A stretch of 60,231 nt of DNA, the filler included. It is 7 parts of 7 records of this genome, joined end to end, with 100 filler letters (N's around TTAATTAATTAA, not from the genome) between each part and the next. Parts side by side here need not be neighbours in the genome. Positions count along the whole stretch, not along the records: positions 27,760 to 43,910 come from SRR31156797_6406; positions 44,011 to 49,639 come from SRR31156797_6436; positions 49,740 to 60,231 come from SRR31156797_6453; 4 more parts are not named here. The stretch is one strand, 5' to 3'. The first letter of the stretch is position 1, and each line of letters starts with the position of its first letter. This document shows, piece by piece, positions 40,818 through 50,252 of the stretch. A program made the position numbers and the translations under genes. The notes under the pieces are model-generated. The model did no database searches and had not been told where the DNA came from. It saw only the letters and a list, made by a program, of their open reading frames with translations.

Positions 40818-41354
40818 TAAATCGCCTGCTATTCTTCCTTTTTCTTCCTCTATGTTCTGCACATGAAATGCAAAATTGCATTAGGCTATCTAAGTTCATG
40901 AAGTTATAGTTTGCTGTAAAACCATATTTTGAAAGTAACGATCAATGAAATTTTTAACTCGTAGTATTTGGTGAAAAATGAAAAACTTGACTAAAAAAGA
41001 AATATCCATCTTCATTTGATGGTTGGAACTGTTAATGATGTTGTAAAATTTTCGGTATCATGGTGTGTAAACGATTACATTTTTTATTTGGTATGAATGA
41101 AATGCTATAATGTGCGCATATCATTGTGGCCATGATCTGAATGTATACTGTAAATATGGAACATTCATAATGGTATTATATTTACATTATTATTCATCTA
41201 AATAACATACGTTTTGGGAATAGTTATGGACAAATATATATTTCATATTACTATTCTAAATCCATACTCTTCAAATAAACATATATACTAATAGGCAGCA
41301 AAAGGCTGCTGAATACTGTTCCTGTGTCATGCTATACCTTCGGAAATAGCAATC

Positions 41355-41475
41355 TATATATAATTGCACATGCCATCCGTTATCCTACTATTATTTTCCA
41401 AATGGTTAGGGACAGGCGGAGTTAGGAAGGCCGTCTTGTGATAATAGTATTGTAAAATAGAGGAAGTGACAAAGC
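41355..41475 (+). promoter_or_regulatory. TATA box and structured 5' leader of the FMN-GOGAT-like gene
   Basis: TATATATAA at 41355; inverted repeats TACTATTAT/ATAATAGTA and an internal stem; RBS AGAGGAAGTG. Confidence 0.5.
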
Positions 41476-43068
41476 ATGGGCAACCTTAGGCAACCAAATG
41501 CAAATGATGCCACTCGGACCTTTAATAGGTCAAAGAGTGTAGTACCGATGTCAGGACTCTGTACACGTTGTGTGGACGGATGTCGTGGAAACTGTGAAAT
41601 ATTCAAATCAACTTTCAGGGGACGTGAAGTTCTTTACCCGGGACCTTTCGGCGAAGTTACAGCCGGTGCAGACAAAGACTATCCAATAGACTACTCCCAC
41701 CTGAACATACAGGGATATGCCGTTGGAGCCATTGGTATGCCAGATGATATGGTGCCTGGCCCTGAAACAGCAAGATTCCCTAATGTAAGTACCGAAACAG
41801 AATACGGATGGGACAAGAAAGTAAAGATGAAGGTGCCAATATTTACCGGGGCACTGGGTTCCACCGATATTGCAAGGAAGAACTGGGAACACTTCGCTAT
41901 TGGTGCAGCTATTTCAGGTGTCACCATAGTATGTGGTGAAAATGTTTGTGGTGTTGACCCTGAGCTTAAAAGAGATAACAATGGCCTTGTATCCGAATCT
42001 CCTGAGATGGATCGCAGGATCGAGTTATACAAGAAGTATCATGATGGCTACGGTGAAATGCTCGTTCAGATGAACGTAGAGGACACAAAGCTTGGTGTTG
42101 CTGAATATCTTTCCAGCAAACATGAAATGGACACCATTGAACTCAAATGGGGACAGGGTGCAAAATGTATCGGTGGAGAGATCAAGGTAAAGGAGCTTGA
42201 CCGCGCTATCGAGCTTAAGAAAAGAGGTTACATCGTAACACCTGACCCTGAACTTGCATCTGTACAGGAAGCATACAAGATTGGAGCTATAAGAGAATTC
42301 GAAAGACATTCCAGACTTGGTTTTGTCACTGAAGAAGGATTCCATGAAGAATGCGACAGGCTCAGAGAACTTGGATTTGACCGTATCACATTGAAGACCG
42401 GTGCATACTCCATGGCAGAAACTGCAATGGCAATAAAATACAGCTCTGATGCAAAGATCGACCTGCTCACCTACGACGGTGCCCCTGGTGGAACCGGTAT
42501 GAGCCCATGGCCAATGATGGAAGAATGGGGAACACCAACAATCTACCTGCAATCACTTGTCCAGGAATTCGCAGATAAGCTTACTGCAAAGGGCAAGAGA
42601 GTACCTGACCTTGCAATGGCTGGAGGATTCTCAAGCGAAGATGGTATCTACAAGGTTCTTGCAATGGGTGCTCCATACTTCAAGGCAGTTTGCATGGGCC
42701 GTGGCCTTATGATCCCAGGAATGGTTGGTAAGAACATTGGCAAGTGGCTTGATGAAGGAGATCTTCCAAAGACAGTGGCTGAATTTGGCCACAGGAAAGA
42801 AGAGATCTTTGTACACTACGAAGAACTTGAAGAGCGCTATGGCAGTGAAATGGACAATATTCCATTGGGTGCCCTTGGTATCTACTCCTATTCCGAAAAG
42901 ACAAGAGTAGGTCTGCAGCAACTCATGGCCGGTTCAAGAAGATTCAACACAACTACACTCTCACGTAAGGACCTTATGGCACTTACAGAAGATGCAGCAA
43001 AGGTAACCGGAATTTCCTATGTAATGGATGCTTACAGGGACATTGCAGAAGAGATACTTGACGGATAA
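41476..43068 (+). CDS. Stand-alone FMN-binding glutamate synthase family protein
   Basis: CTRCVDGCRGNCE, ELKWGQGAKCIGGE, DGAPGGTGMSP, AGGFSSED. Confidence 0.88.
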   Translation: MGNLRQPNANDATRTFNRSKSVVPMSGLCTRCVDGCRGNCEIFKSTFRGREVLYPGPFGEVTAGADKDYPIDYSHLNIQGYAVGAIGMPDDMVPGPETARFPNVSTETEYGWDKKVKMKVPIFTGALGSTDIARKNWEHFAIGAAISGVTIVCGENVCGVDPELKRDNNGLVSESPEMDRRIELYKKYHDGYGEMLVQMNVEDTKLGVAEYLSSKHEMDTIELKWGQGAKCIGGEIKVKELDRAIELKKRGYIVTPDPELASVQEAYKIGAIREFERHSRLGFVTEEGFHEECDRLRELGFDRITLKTGAYSMAETAMAIKYSSDAKIDLLTYDGAPGGTGMSPWPMMEEWGTPTIYLQSLVQEFADKLTAKGKRVPDLAMAGGFSSEDGIYKVLAMGAPYFKAVCMGRGLMIPGMVGKNIGKWLDEGDLPKTVAEFGHRKEEIFVHYEELEERYGSEMDNIPLGALGIYSYSEKTRVGLQQLMAGSRRFNTTTLSRKDLMALTEDAAKVTGISYVMDAYRDIAEEILDG

Positions 43069-43070
43069 AC

Positions 43071-43109
43071 AAAGTAAGTGTAATACTTACTTTACTTTTT
43101 CCTTTTTTT
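43071..43109 (+). terminator. Hairpin plus oligo-T terminator
   Basis: AAAGTAAGT-GTAAT-ACTTACTTT followed by T-runs. Confidence 0.55.
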
Positions 43110-43187
43110 ATTCTGGATTATAGTCAAAAGCCTGTTACACTTATCTTTTGTCAGGCTAACAGTTGAATTTGACATTGAACGATATCT

Positions 43188-43337
43188 TTATTTTCTGTTG
43201 TAAAGCTCAGTTTGTACAGTCACAGGGATCTCAACATCTTTGACAACTCCCTGTATGTCCGTGAACTGCAAACGTATGAATTTTAGGTTATTCGTTTCAA
43301 TGGCTTTGACAACGTCTTCCTTGTTGCATACAATCAT
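43188..43337 (-). pseudogene. Truncated copy of the glnA2 5' end (49-aa ORF) with duplicated upstream region
   Basis: MIVCNKEDVVKAIETNNLKFIRLQFTDIQGVVKDVEIP nearly identical to GlnA2; DNA similarity extends to about 43432. Confidence 0.8.
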
Positions 43338-43573
43338 TAAATCGCATGCTATTCTTCCTCTATTATTCTGCAAAAATGATGCAAAATCTTTCCTGAATAT
43401 CTAAGTTCAGACAATTATGGTTATTGCTGTAAAAAAGGGTGATTTATAACTGTTATACCAAAACTATAAATGACATTTATATATTAAATAATTAAATCAA
43501 TATTAAAATAAATTCTGAAAAAAACATTAAAAATGAAACAGGGGATATAAAAATAACAACTAAAATAATTGGT

Positions 43574-43910
43574 TTGCTTTTTTTGCTTTTTTTGTTAATA
43601 TTCTCCGAGCAAGCTCTTTGCAAGGAAGATGCACCGGATTCATGGACTCTCAATATCACCGCTCCTAATTCTATTCAGAATTTGACTATTGGTTTTAATC
43701 CTTCTGCCACTGAAAAACTTGATTCTTTTGATTGTTGGGCTCTTCCCCACTACCCGTTTGGTAAAACATTTTTGCTGTTGGATTACTGTTATTCAAAAAA
43801 TATAAAACAGAACGAAAATGGTGCGAGTTGGAGTCTTATAATGAGGGTCCCGGACGATCAGACCACAACTTTAAGATGGGATTCCAGTTCAATACCTGGT
43901 GTAAGCGTGC
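43574..43910 (+). CDS. Secreted/cell-surface protein, 5' part; start uncertain
   Basis: Hydrophobic signal-like N-terminus followed by a beta-rich region. Confidence 0.5.
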
Positions 43911-44010
43911 NNNNNNNNNNNNNNNNNNNNNNNNNNNNNNNNNNNNNNNNNNNNTTAATTAATTAANNNNNNNNNNNNNNNNNNNNNNNNNNNNNNNNNN
44001 NNNNNNNNNN
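43911..44010. other. Artificial contig linker
   Basis: N-run with TTAATTAATTAA. Confidence 0.98.
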
Positions 44011-44047
44011 ATAAATGCTCATAGTTCTAGTCTCTATACAACGAAAT

Positions 44048-44422
44048 TTGAAACTAATAAAGTTATTCATATGTGTTGGTTTAGCTACGGCAATCGTAAG
44101 CGGTTGTGAAGATTCGCAAGTAAAAACATTGATGACAAACCGCCCTTCAAATTTACAGGATGTAGTCAATTCGCCGATTAGAAAGCCAACGAATGAGAGA
44201 ATTCACCAACGAGTCAACGAAAATTGTTTAGATCATGTTCAACCAATCACTATTGGAGCACTGGGCGTAGAGTTTGGGAAAACTCGATACGAAATCGAAC
44301 ATAATCTTCCAGATCCTAAACCTATTCAGCAGGGGGATGAGGAGGGGTTCTTAGCGTGTAATCTTGATCCACAAAATATAGCGGATGCTCACTTAGAACT
44401 TTCCGTGGAACTGAGTGGTTAG
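44048..44422 (+). CDS. Hypothetical lipoprotein
   Basis: LKLIKLFICVGLATAIVSG-C lipobox; TTG start uncertain. Confidence 0.5.
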   Translation: MKLIKLFICVGLATAIVSGCEDSQVKTLMTNRPSNLQDVVNSPIRKPTNERIHQRVNENCLDHVQPITIGALGVEFGKTRYEIEHNLPDPKPIQQGDEEGFLACNLDPQNIADAHLELSVELSG

Positions 44423-44530
44423 CGTTGTGAATAGATAAAGAAACGTTTGCCGCTGAGCATTGCATATAGAGCCGATCTTTTCTGCATTGGGTTAGGGCAA
44501 TAGGCGAAACAAATTAATTGAGAACCTTGT

Positions 44531-44863
44531 ATGAAATTTTTATCAAATCCCTTACTTCTAGTTTTTGTCGGAGTATCCGCATTATTCTTACCTAAAGTGT
44601 ATGCAGACGTAAATCACATAGACAGTGTTAATGAGTCGGAAGAATTGACCGTTGAACTTCATGGTGACTTTGACGAGGACAGCCGTGTGGTTGATATTGA
44701 TATTATTCTGATAGAACACGTACAAATTGAGGAAGGTCTGCTCTGCAAAGAAGCTGAGAAAGTGTTTGCTAATGTGTTTAATAGAGGTGTGACAGGTAAT
44801 ATCTCGGTTTCAGCCATTGACGTTAATGGTCAGCCTGTATTTTGTGGAGATTTTACAGGTTAA
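44531..44863 (+). CDS. Hypothetical exported acidic protein
   Basis: Signal peptide ending VYA; 110 aa. Confidence 0.55.
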   Translation: MKFLSNPLLLVFVGVSALFLPKVYADVNHIDSVNESEELTVELHGDFDEDSRVVDIDIILIEHVQIEEGLLCKEAEKVFANVFNRGVTGNISVSAIDVNGQPVFCGDFTG

Positions 44864-45020
44864 GGTCATATCTCTCTACGCTCCTATGCCTATATTCGAA
44901 ATATTCTCATGAGGTTACTAGACGGCGGTTTATAGGCTCATTTCGATACTATTGATTGAGCTAATGTAGTTAATGGCTAATGATGCCTCATATTGTGGGT
45001 TAGCTGAGACTGCTTGAGTT

Positions 45021-45162
45021 TCAACCAAATTCAAAAGTCGTTTTTAGGTATTGATGTATACAAACCACATCGGTATCAATACATGCTAATCGATGAATTC
45101 TTCTACTATTGCGATGTAGATAAACACATTCCGCGATGTGTGAAATAGAACCTTCAAGTCAT
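45021..45162 (+). repeat. Direct-repeat copy of 48629-48769 (3' end of the ToxS-like gene)
   Basis: 117/128 nt identical up to the stop codon by manual alignment. Confidence 0.95.
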
Positions 45163-45186
45163 TTTTCATATTATCCTCCTATCGCA

Positions 45187-45780
45187 CTAGGCAGTTTCTT
45201 TTATCTGTATCAGCTCAACAATCGAATCAACATTACATTTATTCAAAATGCGGCTTTTGTATGTGCTTACCGTTTTATTGCTTATAGCAAGCAGCTCTGA
45301 AATACGTTTATTGCTAAAACCTTTTACTAAATAGTTGTAAACGATGGCTTCGCGCTTCGTAAGAGCTGAAAACTTGTTGTTAATATCGTGTCTAAATACA
45401 TCGAACCCAAGAACAATGCTTGATACCGCATTCTCGATGACTTCAATAGCTTCTGTTTTTGAAACATATCCGTTAGCACCGAGTTTTTTCGCAGTATCTG
45501 AATACATTTCGTGGGTACTACTCGAGACAAACAGAATTTTTCCTGAATACTGCTTTGCACGCATACGGCGTAAAAACTCGAAGCCATCAGAGTCCGTCAA
45601 TTGAATATCTAAAATAATTAAGTCTATTTTATTTTCTTTTAATACAGAGGAAGCTGAAAAAGTATTATTGGCAATAAAAACTGTCTCAAAACCATGGCGA
45701 CTTAGAAGCATTTCTTCCATCGCTTTCTGGACTATTGGAAAGCTATCGAGGACTAGTGCAGAAGAACTTTTAATTGACAA
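45187..45780 (-). CDS. NarL/EvgA/FimZ-type response regulator (no kinase nearby)
   Basis: Receiver IILDIQL..DGFE..GYVSK; LuxR HTH LTKRE..ISNKTVSTYKSRI. Confidence 0.88.
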   Translation of the reverse strand: MSIKSSSALVLDSFPIVQKAMEEMLLSRHGFETVFIANNTFSASSVLKENKIDLIILDIQLTDSDGFEFLRRMRAKQYSGKILFVSSSTHEMYSDTAKKLGANGYVSKTEAIEVIENAVSSIVLGFDVFRHDINNKFSALTKREAIVYNYLVKGFSNKRISELLAISNKTVSTYKSRILNKCNVDSIVELIQIKETA

Positions 45781-46121
45781 AATATTTTCCTTATAAAAAA
45801 TTTGAGTATCACCAGATTGCTAACTAGCCGTTAGTTAACGACTGAATTGCCCTGCGATACGGGCTTTGATGCGTAATTCCAATGGAATGCGAAAATGCCT
45901 AAAATTGAGTGATTATTAAACAGTGCACCGAAATTTGGGAAACCCACTTTTAATTATTACATCGTAAGTGTTTTTTTGTTCATTCTCCAAGCGTTCATTA
46001 TCTGTTCTTGGGGGTTAATATGATCAACATACCTAGTATTAGTAGTATTATTTTAAATGTAATAGTGCTGTCCATTATTTCACCTGATATTCACTATGAC
46101 TCAATGGCTATAATTGAATGG

Positions 46122-46379
46122 TTAATAGTTTTCAATCGTGATGTTGAATAAACTTTTAATGGTATTTTTTAGCCCAAAACTCCCAAGGTTGTGTTTATCA
46201 ATATGCACATGCAATAACACCTGCTTAGCCTGAGACCTGTAATAGGTATTGCTCTGGAGGACTGAGAGTCTGCTATTACCTTCGGTTATTACTCGCTCAA
46301 CGGTAAAGATCACGTTCTGAAGTTCAAGGAGTACGAGAAGTAATCTGTTCTCGGTGGTATCTTCTAGCTTTAAAATCAT
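46122..46379 (-). CDS. Hypothetical protein
   Basis: 85-aa ORF with AGGAA RBS; no recognised motif. Confidence 0.45.
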   Translation of the reverse strand: MILKLEDTTENRLLLVLLELQNVIFTVERVITEGNSRLSVLQSNTYYRSQAKQVLLHVHIDKHNLGSFGLKNTIKSLFNITIENY

Positions 46380-46605
46380 ATTGTATTCCTAGCAGTGTAA
46401 ATATTATCGTTACTGTTACTCACGTATAATTAGTCATTTATTCCTTGTTTTTGTGAGTAAATATATTCAATTGCTTTGTAGGCTGATCTGCGGCAGTAAT
46501 ATATATCACCGCACTTTTGTGGAGTCCGTGTAGGCATTTGTTGCGTAGAATAAAGGGAAACGTTTCATCTTAACGTTCATTTATTATGTTCTTAAGGAGT
46601 AACGT

Positions 46606-47109
46606 TTAGCGACACCCAGAAACTTGCCTATATTGATCGTTGATAAGTCGCATCGTTTCCTGATTGCCGCCTTTATCCGGATGAAATGCAGCACAAAGTA
46701 GTTTGTAGCGTTTCTTTGTTTGTTCAAGAGTCTGCAAGTCCGCAAAAAAGTTGAAGCAAAGTCTTTGACTCGGTTTATTTAATCCCGCTGAAAGACAAGC
46801 AATACGCAGATTGGCGCTTTTAATCGCTTGAGTGGCTTGCGCCACCTTTTTCTTTTCATACTCGTATTGCTTGTTTAGCGATTCTAAACGCGCGCAGTAT
46901 GATTTCACTAGTCTGTATGCTTCGACCTTATCATTCCTAAACCTGGAGGTGCGTTTATGATTTACGTACACACCAACTCTGTAAAATAACCAGGCGATCA
47001 TCATGATCGTGGGAATGATAAGTATCAAATAGAGTTCCACTTGAGTATCTGAAAAATAGTACATTAGTGCCGCCAATACAGTAGATGAAAATGTTAGGAA
47101 GGAATCCAT
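46606..47109 (-). CDS. Membrane-anchored protein with coiled coil and C-terminal J-domain
   Basis: Two N-terminal hydrophobic segments; KKRYKLLCAAFHPDKGGNQETMRLINDQY. Confidence 0.75.
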   Translation of the reverse strand: MDSFLTFSSTVLAALMYYFSDTQVELYLILIIPTIMMIAWLFYRVGVYVNHKRTSRFRNDKVEAYRLVKSYCARLESLNKQYEYEKKKVAQATQAIKSANLRIACLSAGLNKPSQRLCFNFFADLQTLEQTKKRYKLLCAAFHPDKGGNQETMRLINDQYRQVSGCR

Positions 47110-47461
47110 TAAACATTTTCATTGCCAAACTTTTATACTGATGAATCGCTGTTCATCACCGATAGCGTTAGACTAATTCTCGGTTCAATAAAACGCATAT
47201 AATTAAAATTAATAATATTAATCGTTAATAAAATCATGTGGTTAATGTAAAGTTGTATTTACCTGAAGCGGTCGCGTTTTATCCATCACTGTATTTTGGG
47301 GATTTTAAGTTTTTACTAGACTATGATTTAGACAGAGACTGCTATGTTATTGATTGACCTAATTTAGTTAATGATTAATGATGGTTTGTGTCACAGACTT
47401 GTAGAAGTAACTTTAGCTTCTATTAAGTCACTATATGAAATGGAAGAGAGACGAGATCTAA

Positions 47462-48271
47462 ATGGACGTTAATGCAATCAAAGTCAGTTGTGGTGAAGAA
47501 GGGGGAAGTTATTCTATTACTGTCGACGAGGTTAGGTATAAATGTTCGTATGCTGACTCGGCAATCTTGAGCCAGTTGTTACAGAACAAGGGACAATTCT
47601 TCTCTCGTGATGACTTGGCAGCGATCGGCTGGCCTGGAAAACTCGTTTCAAAAAACTCAGTTCCGGTCTCTATCGCTAACCTGAGAAAAATATTTAAAAA
47701 CCATACCAAATTAGATGTTATCTCCAATGAGAAGAACAAAGGCTATGTTGTTCAGGTTGATAAAATCAAATTGGTGAGTGTAGAGGCCAATCAAGAAAAA
47801 TCTCACGAAACTGCCGGCAATGAAGAACCCACCGAGTTAGTGGAGGCCGTAAGCAAATCCAAGATAAACAGAACCAAACTGTTTGTATCTAAACTGTCAT
47901 TGTACCCACTTCTTATCGTTAATATTGCTCTGCTCATAACCGTACTTTTTTATAACCGTACAGCGTTAGAGCCTTCCAAAGTAAAAGTAATCAATAGTGA
48001 TAATTATGTTGCTGTTTTCACAGGCGATAACCAATTACTGTCTCACCTAGAAAGTGTGAAAAGTAGCCAAGAATCAACACTTCGCGGATTTCAGGATATA
48101 GAAGAAGAACTTAAGTTAGCAAAACAGGAAAATAAGAACATTTATTTTATTAACTCATCAGGAGAGAGGGTTGTTATAGATTGCTTGGTCAATGATCAAT
48201 TGGTTTCTTTCTCAGGAGACGATATCGAAAAAATTATTGGTGAGTTGAATGAAAAGGGGTGCAAGTTATGA
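47462..48271 (+). CDS. ToxR/CadC-like transmembrane winged-helix regulator
   Basis: wHTH (SRDDLAAIGWPG..SVPVSIANLRK..KGY), one TM, periplasmic domain with two Cys. Confidence 0.85.
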   Translation: MDVNAIKVSCGEEGGSYSITVDEVRYKCSYADSAILSQLLQNKGQFFSRDDLAAIGWPGKLVSKNSVPVSIANLRKIFKNHTKLDVISNEKNKGYVVQVDKIKLVSVEANQEKSHETAGNEEPTELVEAVSKSKINRTKLFVSKLSLYPLLIVNIALLITVLFYNRTALEPSKVKVINSDNYVAVFTGDNQLLSHLESVKSSQESTLRGFQDIEEELKLAKQENKNIYFINSSGERVVIDCLVNDQLVSFSGDDIEKIIGELNEKGCKL

Positions 48272-48756
48272 AGTATTTAAAATGGCTGAACGTAACTTTC
48301 TTTGTCGTTATCGTTGCATACCTGTTGTCCCCTTTAGATAAAAAAGCTTCACCTGTTGACGGTTACTTTAAAAGGAATGAAGTGATTGTGACTCAAGGAG
48401 AAGATCGAATAGAACTGAATACCAATATTGATGTTCTAGCGAAAGAGATGAAATACACTTCTATCATTACCGTGACGGACGTAGATAAAGAAAACCAATA
48501 TAGTTCGTTTTCTGTTAGCGGTGAAATGTATCAAAAAAATGGGCTTATAGTCGCTAAAACATACGAAATTGAAGAAACCGATCATATTAATAAACAAGTT
48601 GTTTTTACCGCTTCTACCTCGCCACTTGTCAGCCAAATTCAAAAATCATTTTTAGGTATTGATGTATACAAACCACGTCGGTATCAATACATGCTAATCG
48701 ATAAATTCTTCTGCTATTACGATGTAGATAAACACATTGCGCGATGTATGGAATAA
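48268..48756 (+). CDS. ToxS/TcpH-like periplasmic partner
   Basis: ATGA overlap with the regulator; N-terminal TM, beta-strand-rich body, C-terminal Cys pair. Confidence 0.65.
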   Translation: MKYLKWLNVTFFVVIVAYLLSPLDKKASPVDGYFKRNEVIVTQGEDRIELNTNIDVLAKEMKYTSIITVTDVDKENQYSSFSVSGEMYQKNGLIVAKTYEIEETDHINKQVVFTASTSPLVSQIQKSFLGIDVYKPRRYQYMLIDKFFCYYDVDKHIARCME

Positions 48757-48769
48757 CATCTTAAGTCAT
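48629..48769 (+). repeat. Second copy of the 141-bp direct repeat (matches 45021-45162)
   Basis: Manual alignment. Confidence 0.95.
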
Positions 48770-49240
48770 CAATGGGAGCGAACATTCCAGCCGTTCCCTA
48801 TAAAAAAGTATGCCAGTTCCTCTCTCAAAGTTTTGGTACTGAACTCAATTTCAGGCTGCTCTGACGTATCGCTTTTCCATTTCTTTGAGTGTTTATGCGA
48901 ACGCTGAAAAAGCGAATAAAGTCGTAATTGTCACGAGTAAAAACACCTGTTGCATATGTTCTGTTCTCCTGTCGGGCTCGTTCAGTTGATCTCATTAACA
49001 ATGAGCTGCGTGTTGTTGGTATGCGCATTGTGTAGTTATTGTTATGTTTACCCCAATTATAAAAATTAATTATCGATTTAATCTCTCAAGGCATTGTTTT
49101 TTGTGATTAAAAAAATAAAAAACAAATGAAATAATAGTATTAGCGTTTTTCTGTGTTTGAGGATTATTAAGTTTAATTAAGTTATTAATTTTGTGTTTCG
49201 AAGGATAGTAACCCTGTCTATTTTATAGGGGCACCTAGAA

Positions 49241-49639
49241 ATGAAATTAACAAACTTATTTACAGTGACGACTTTAACCGTTTCGATCTTGACTGGTTGT
49301 GGTGGGGGAGAAGGAGATACATCTCAAGAGAATAAAAGCTCAACTTCAACATCAAGTTCAGAGTCTGTTGTTACGGCAAGTCCTCAGGTAGACGCAAATG
49401 ATCAATCAAGTATAAACAAAACGGATACTAAGTATTCGAAAGCCAGTGTTATAAAAAGTAGTCAATTTAACATTCCAACAATCTCAACGAAGGCTATCAG
49501 AATCACTCAGCAGCCACAGCGAATTCCCGTAATGTCTGTTGAACGTCCTGCGGCTCCCAAACCCGTGATGGAATCTAGCCCAGTGTTAAATGAACAGGTA
49601 ACACCGGATCTGTTAAGCTCAATGACAGTGATGACTCCA
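49241..49639 (+). CDS. Lipoprotein, 5' part
   Basis: ILTG-CGGGEG lipobox followed by a Ser/Thr/Pro-rich linker. Confidence 0.75.
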
Positions 49640-49739
49640 NNNNNNNNNNNNNNNNNNNNNNNNNNNNNNNNNNNNNNNNNNNNTTAATTAATTAANNNNN
49701 NNNNNNNNNNNNNNNNNNNNNNNNNNNNNNNNNNNNNNN
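49640..49739. other. Artificial contig linker
   Basis: N-run with TTAATTAATTAA. Confidence 0.98.
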
Positions 49740-50210
49740 AATACAAAAAATGAAGAAGAGTATTTTGGCAAAATTATTGATAATGAAATAAAAATAAATG
49801 AAATCGGTAAAATCGCACAGGAAGAATGGTTGAAAACACCGGATATACGTCCGGATATGAATATTTTATTAGGGAAATTCATTATAATGCCCAATCATAT
49901 GCATGCATTGATCAAAATAGGTAAGAATCCATATAATAGTAGCGACGCGATGCATCGCGTCGGTACTATAATTGAGATACGGAAAAATATTGAATATGAT
50001 GATAAACATGGTCATGAATTTGCTTCACAAAAAAAGAATTTGTCATCAATCATTAGAGGATTCAAATCCAAAGTCACAATAAAAGCAAGAATAATCAATA
50101 AAGAATTTGCATGGAAGCCACGTTTTAATGATCAAATTGTATTTGATGATGAGCATTATAGAAATTGTAAAATGTATATCCAAAATAACCCATTCAATTG
50201 CAAAATATAA
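49740..50210 (+). mobile_element. REP-associated tyrosine (Y1/HUH) transposase, 3' part
   Basis: Frame open from the contig edge; IMPNHMHALI, LSSIIRGFKS, WKPRFNDQIV, YIQNNP. Confidence 0.85.
49939..49966. repeat. GTAG-type REP palindrome inside the RAYT gene
   Basis: GTAG-CGACGCGATGCATCGCGTCG-GTAC. Confidence 0.75.
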
Positions 50211-50252
50211 TTCATATATTACTCTCACAAACTTTAATTTTGAAGCGAATTA

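Noticed and set aside
41376-41450. Known glutamine (glnA-motif) or other classified riboswitch
   Set aside because: Could not match the conserved junction of any class I know; kept only as an unclassified structure
45021-45162. Template repeat of a diversity-generating retroelement
   Set aside because: Neither copy has A at all variable sites (4 versus 6, plus one C/G) and no reverse transcriptase is in the contig
48825-49028. 67-aa minus-strand ORF
   Set aside because: No RBS or motif support; probably intergenic
9544-49739. Six identical N/TTAATTAATTAA blocks as a biological repeat, and any cross-block gene linkage
   Set aside because: Artificial all-frame-stop spacers; flanks come from different phyla or domains
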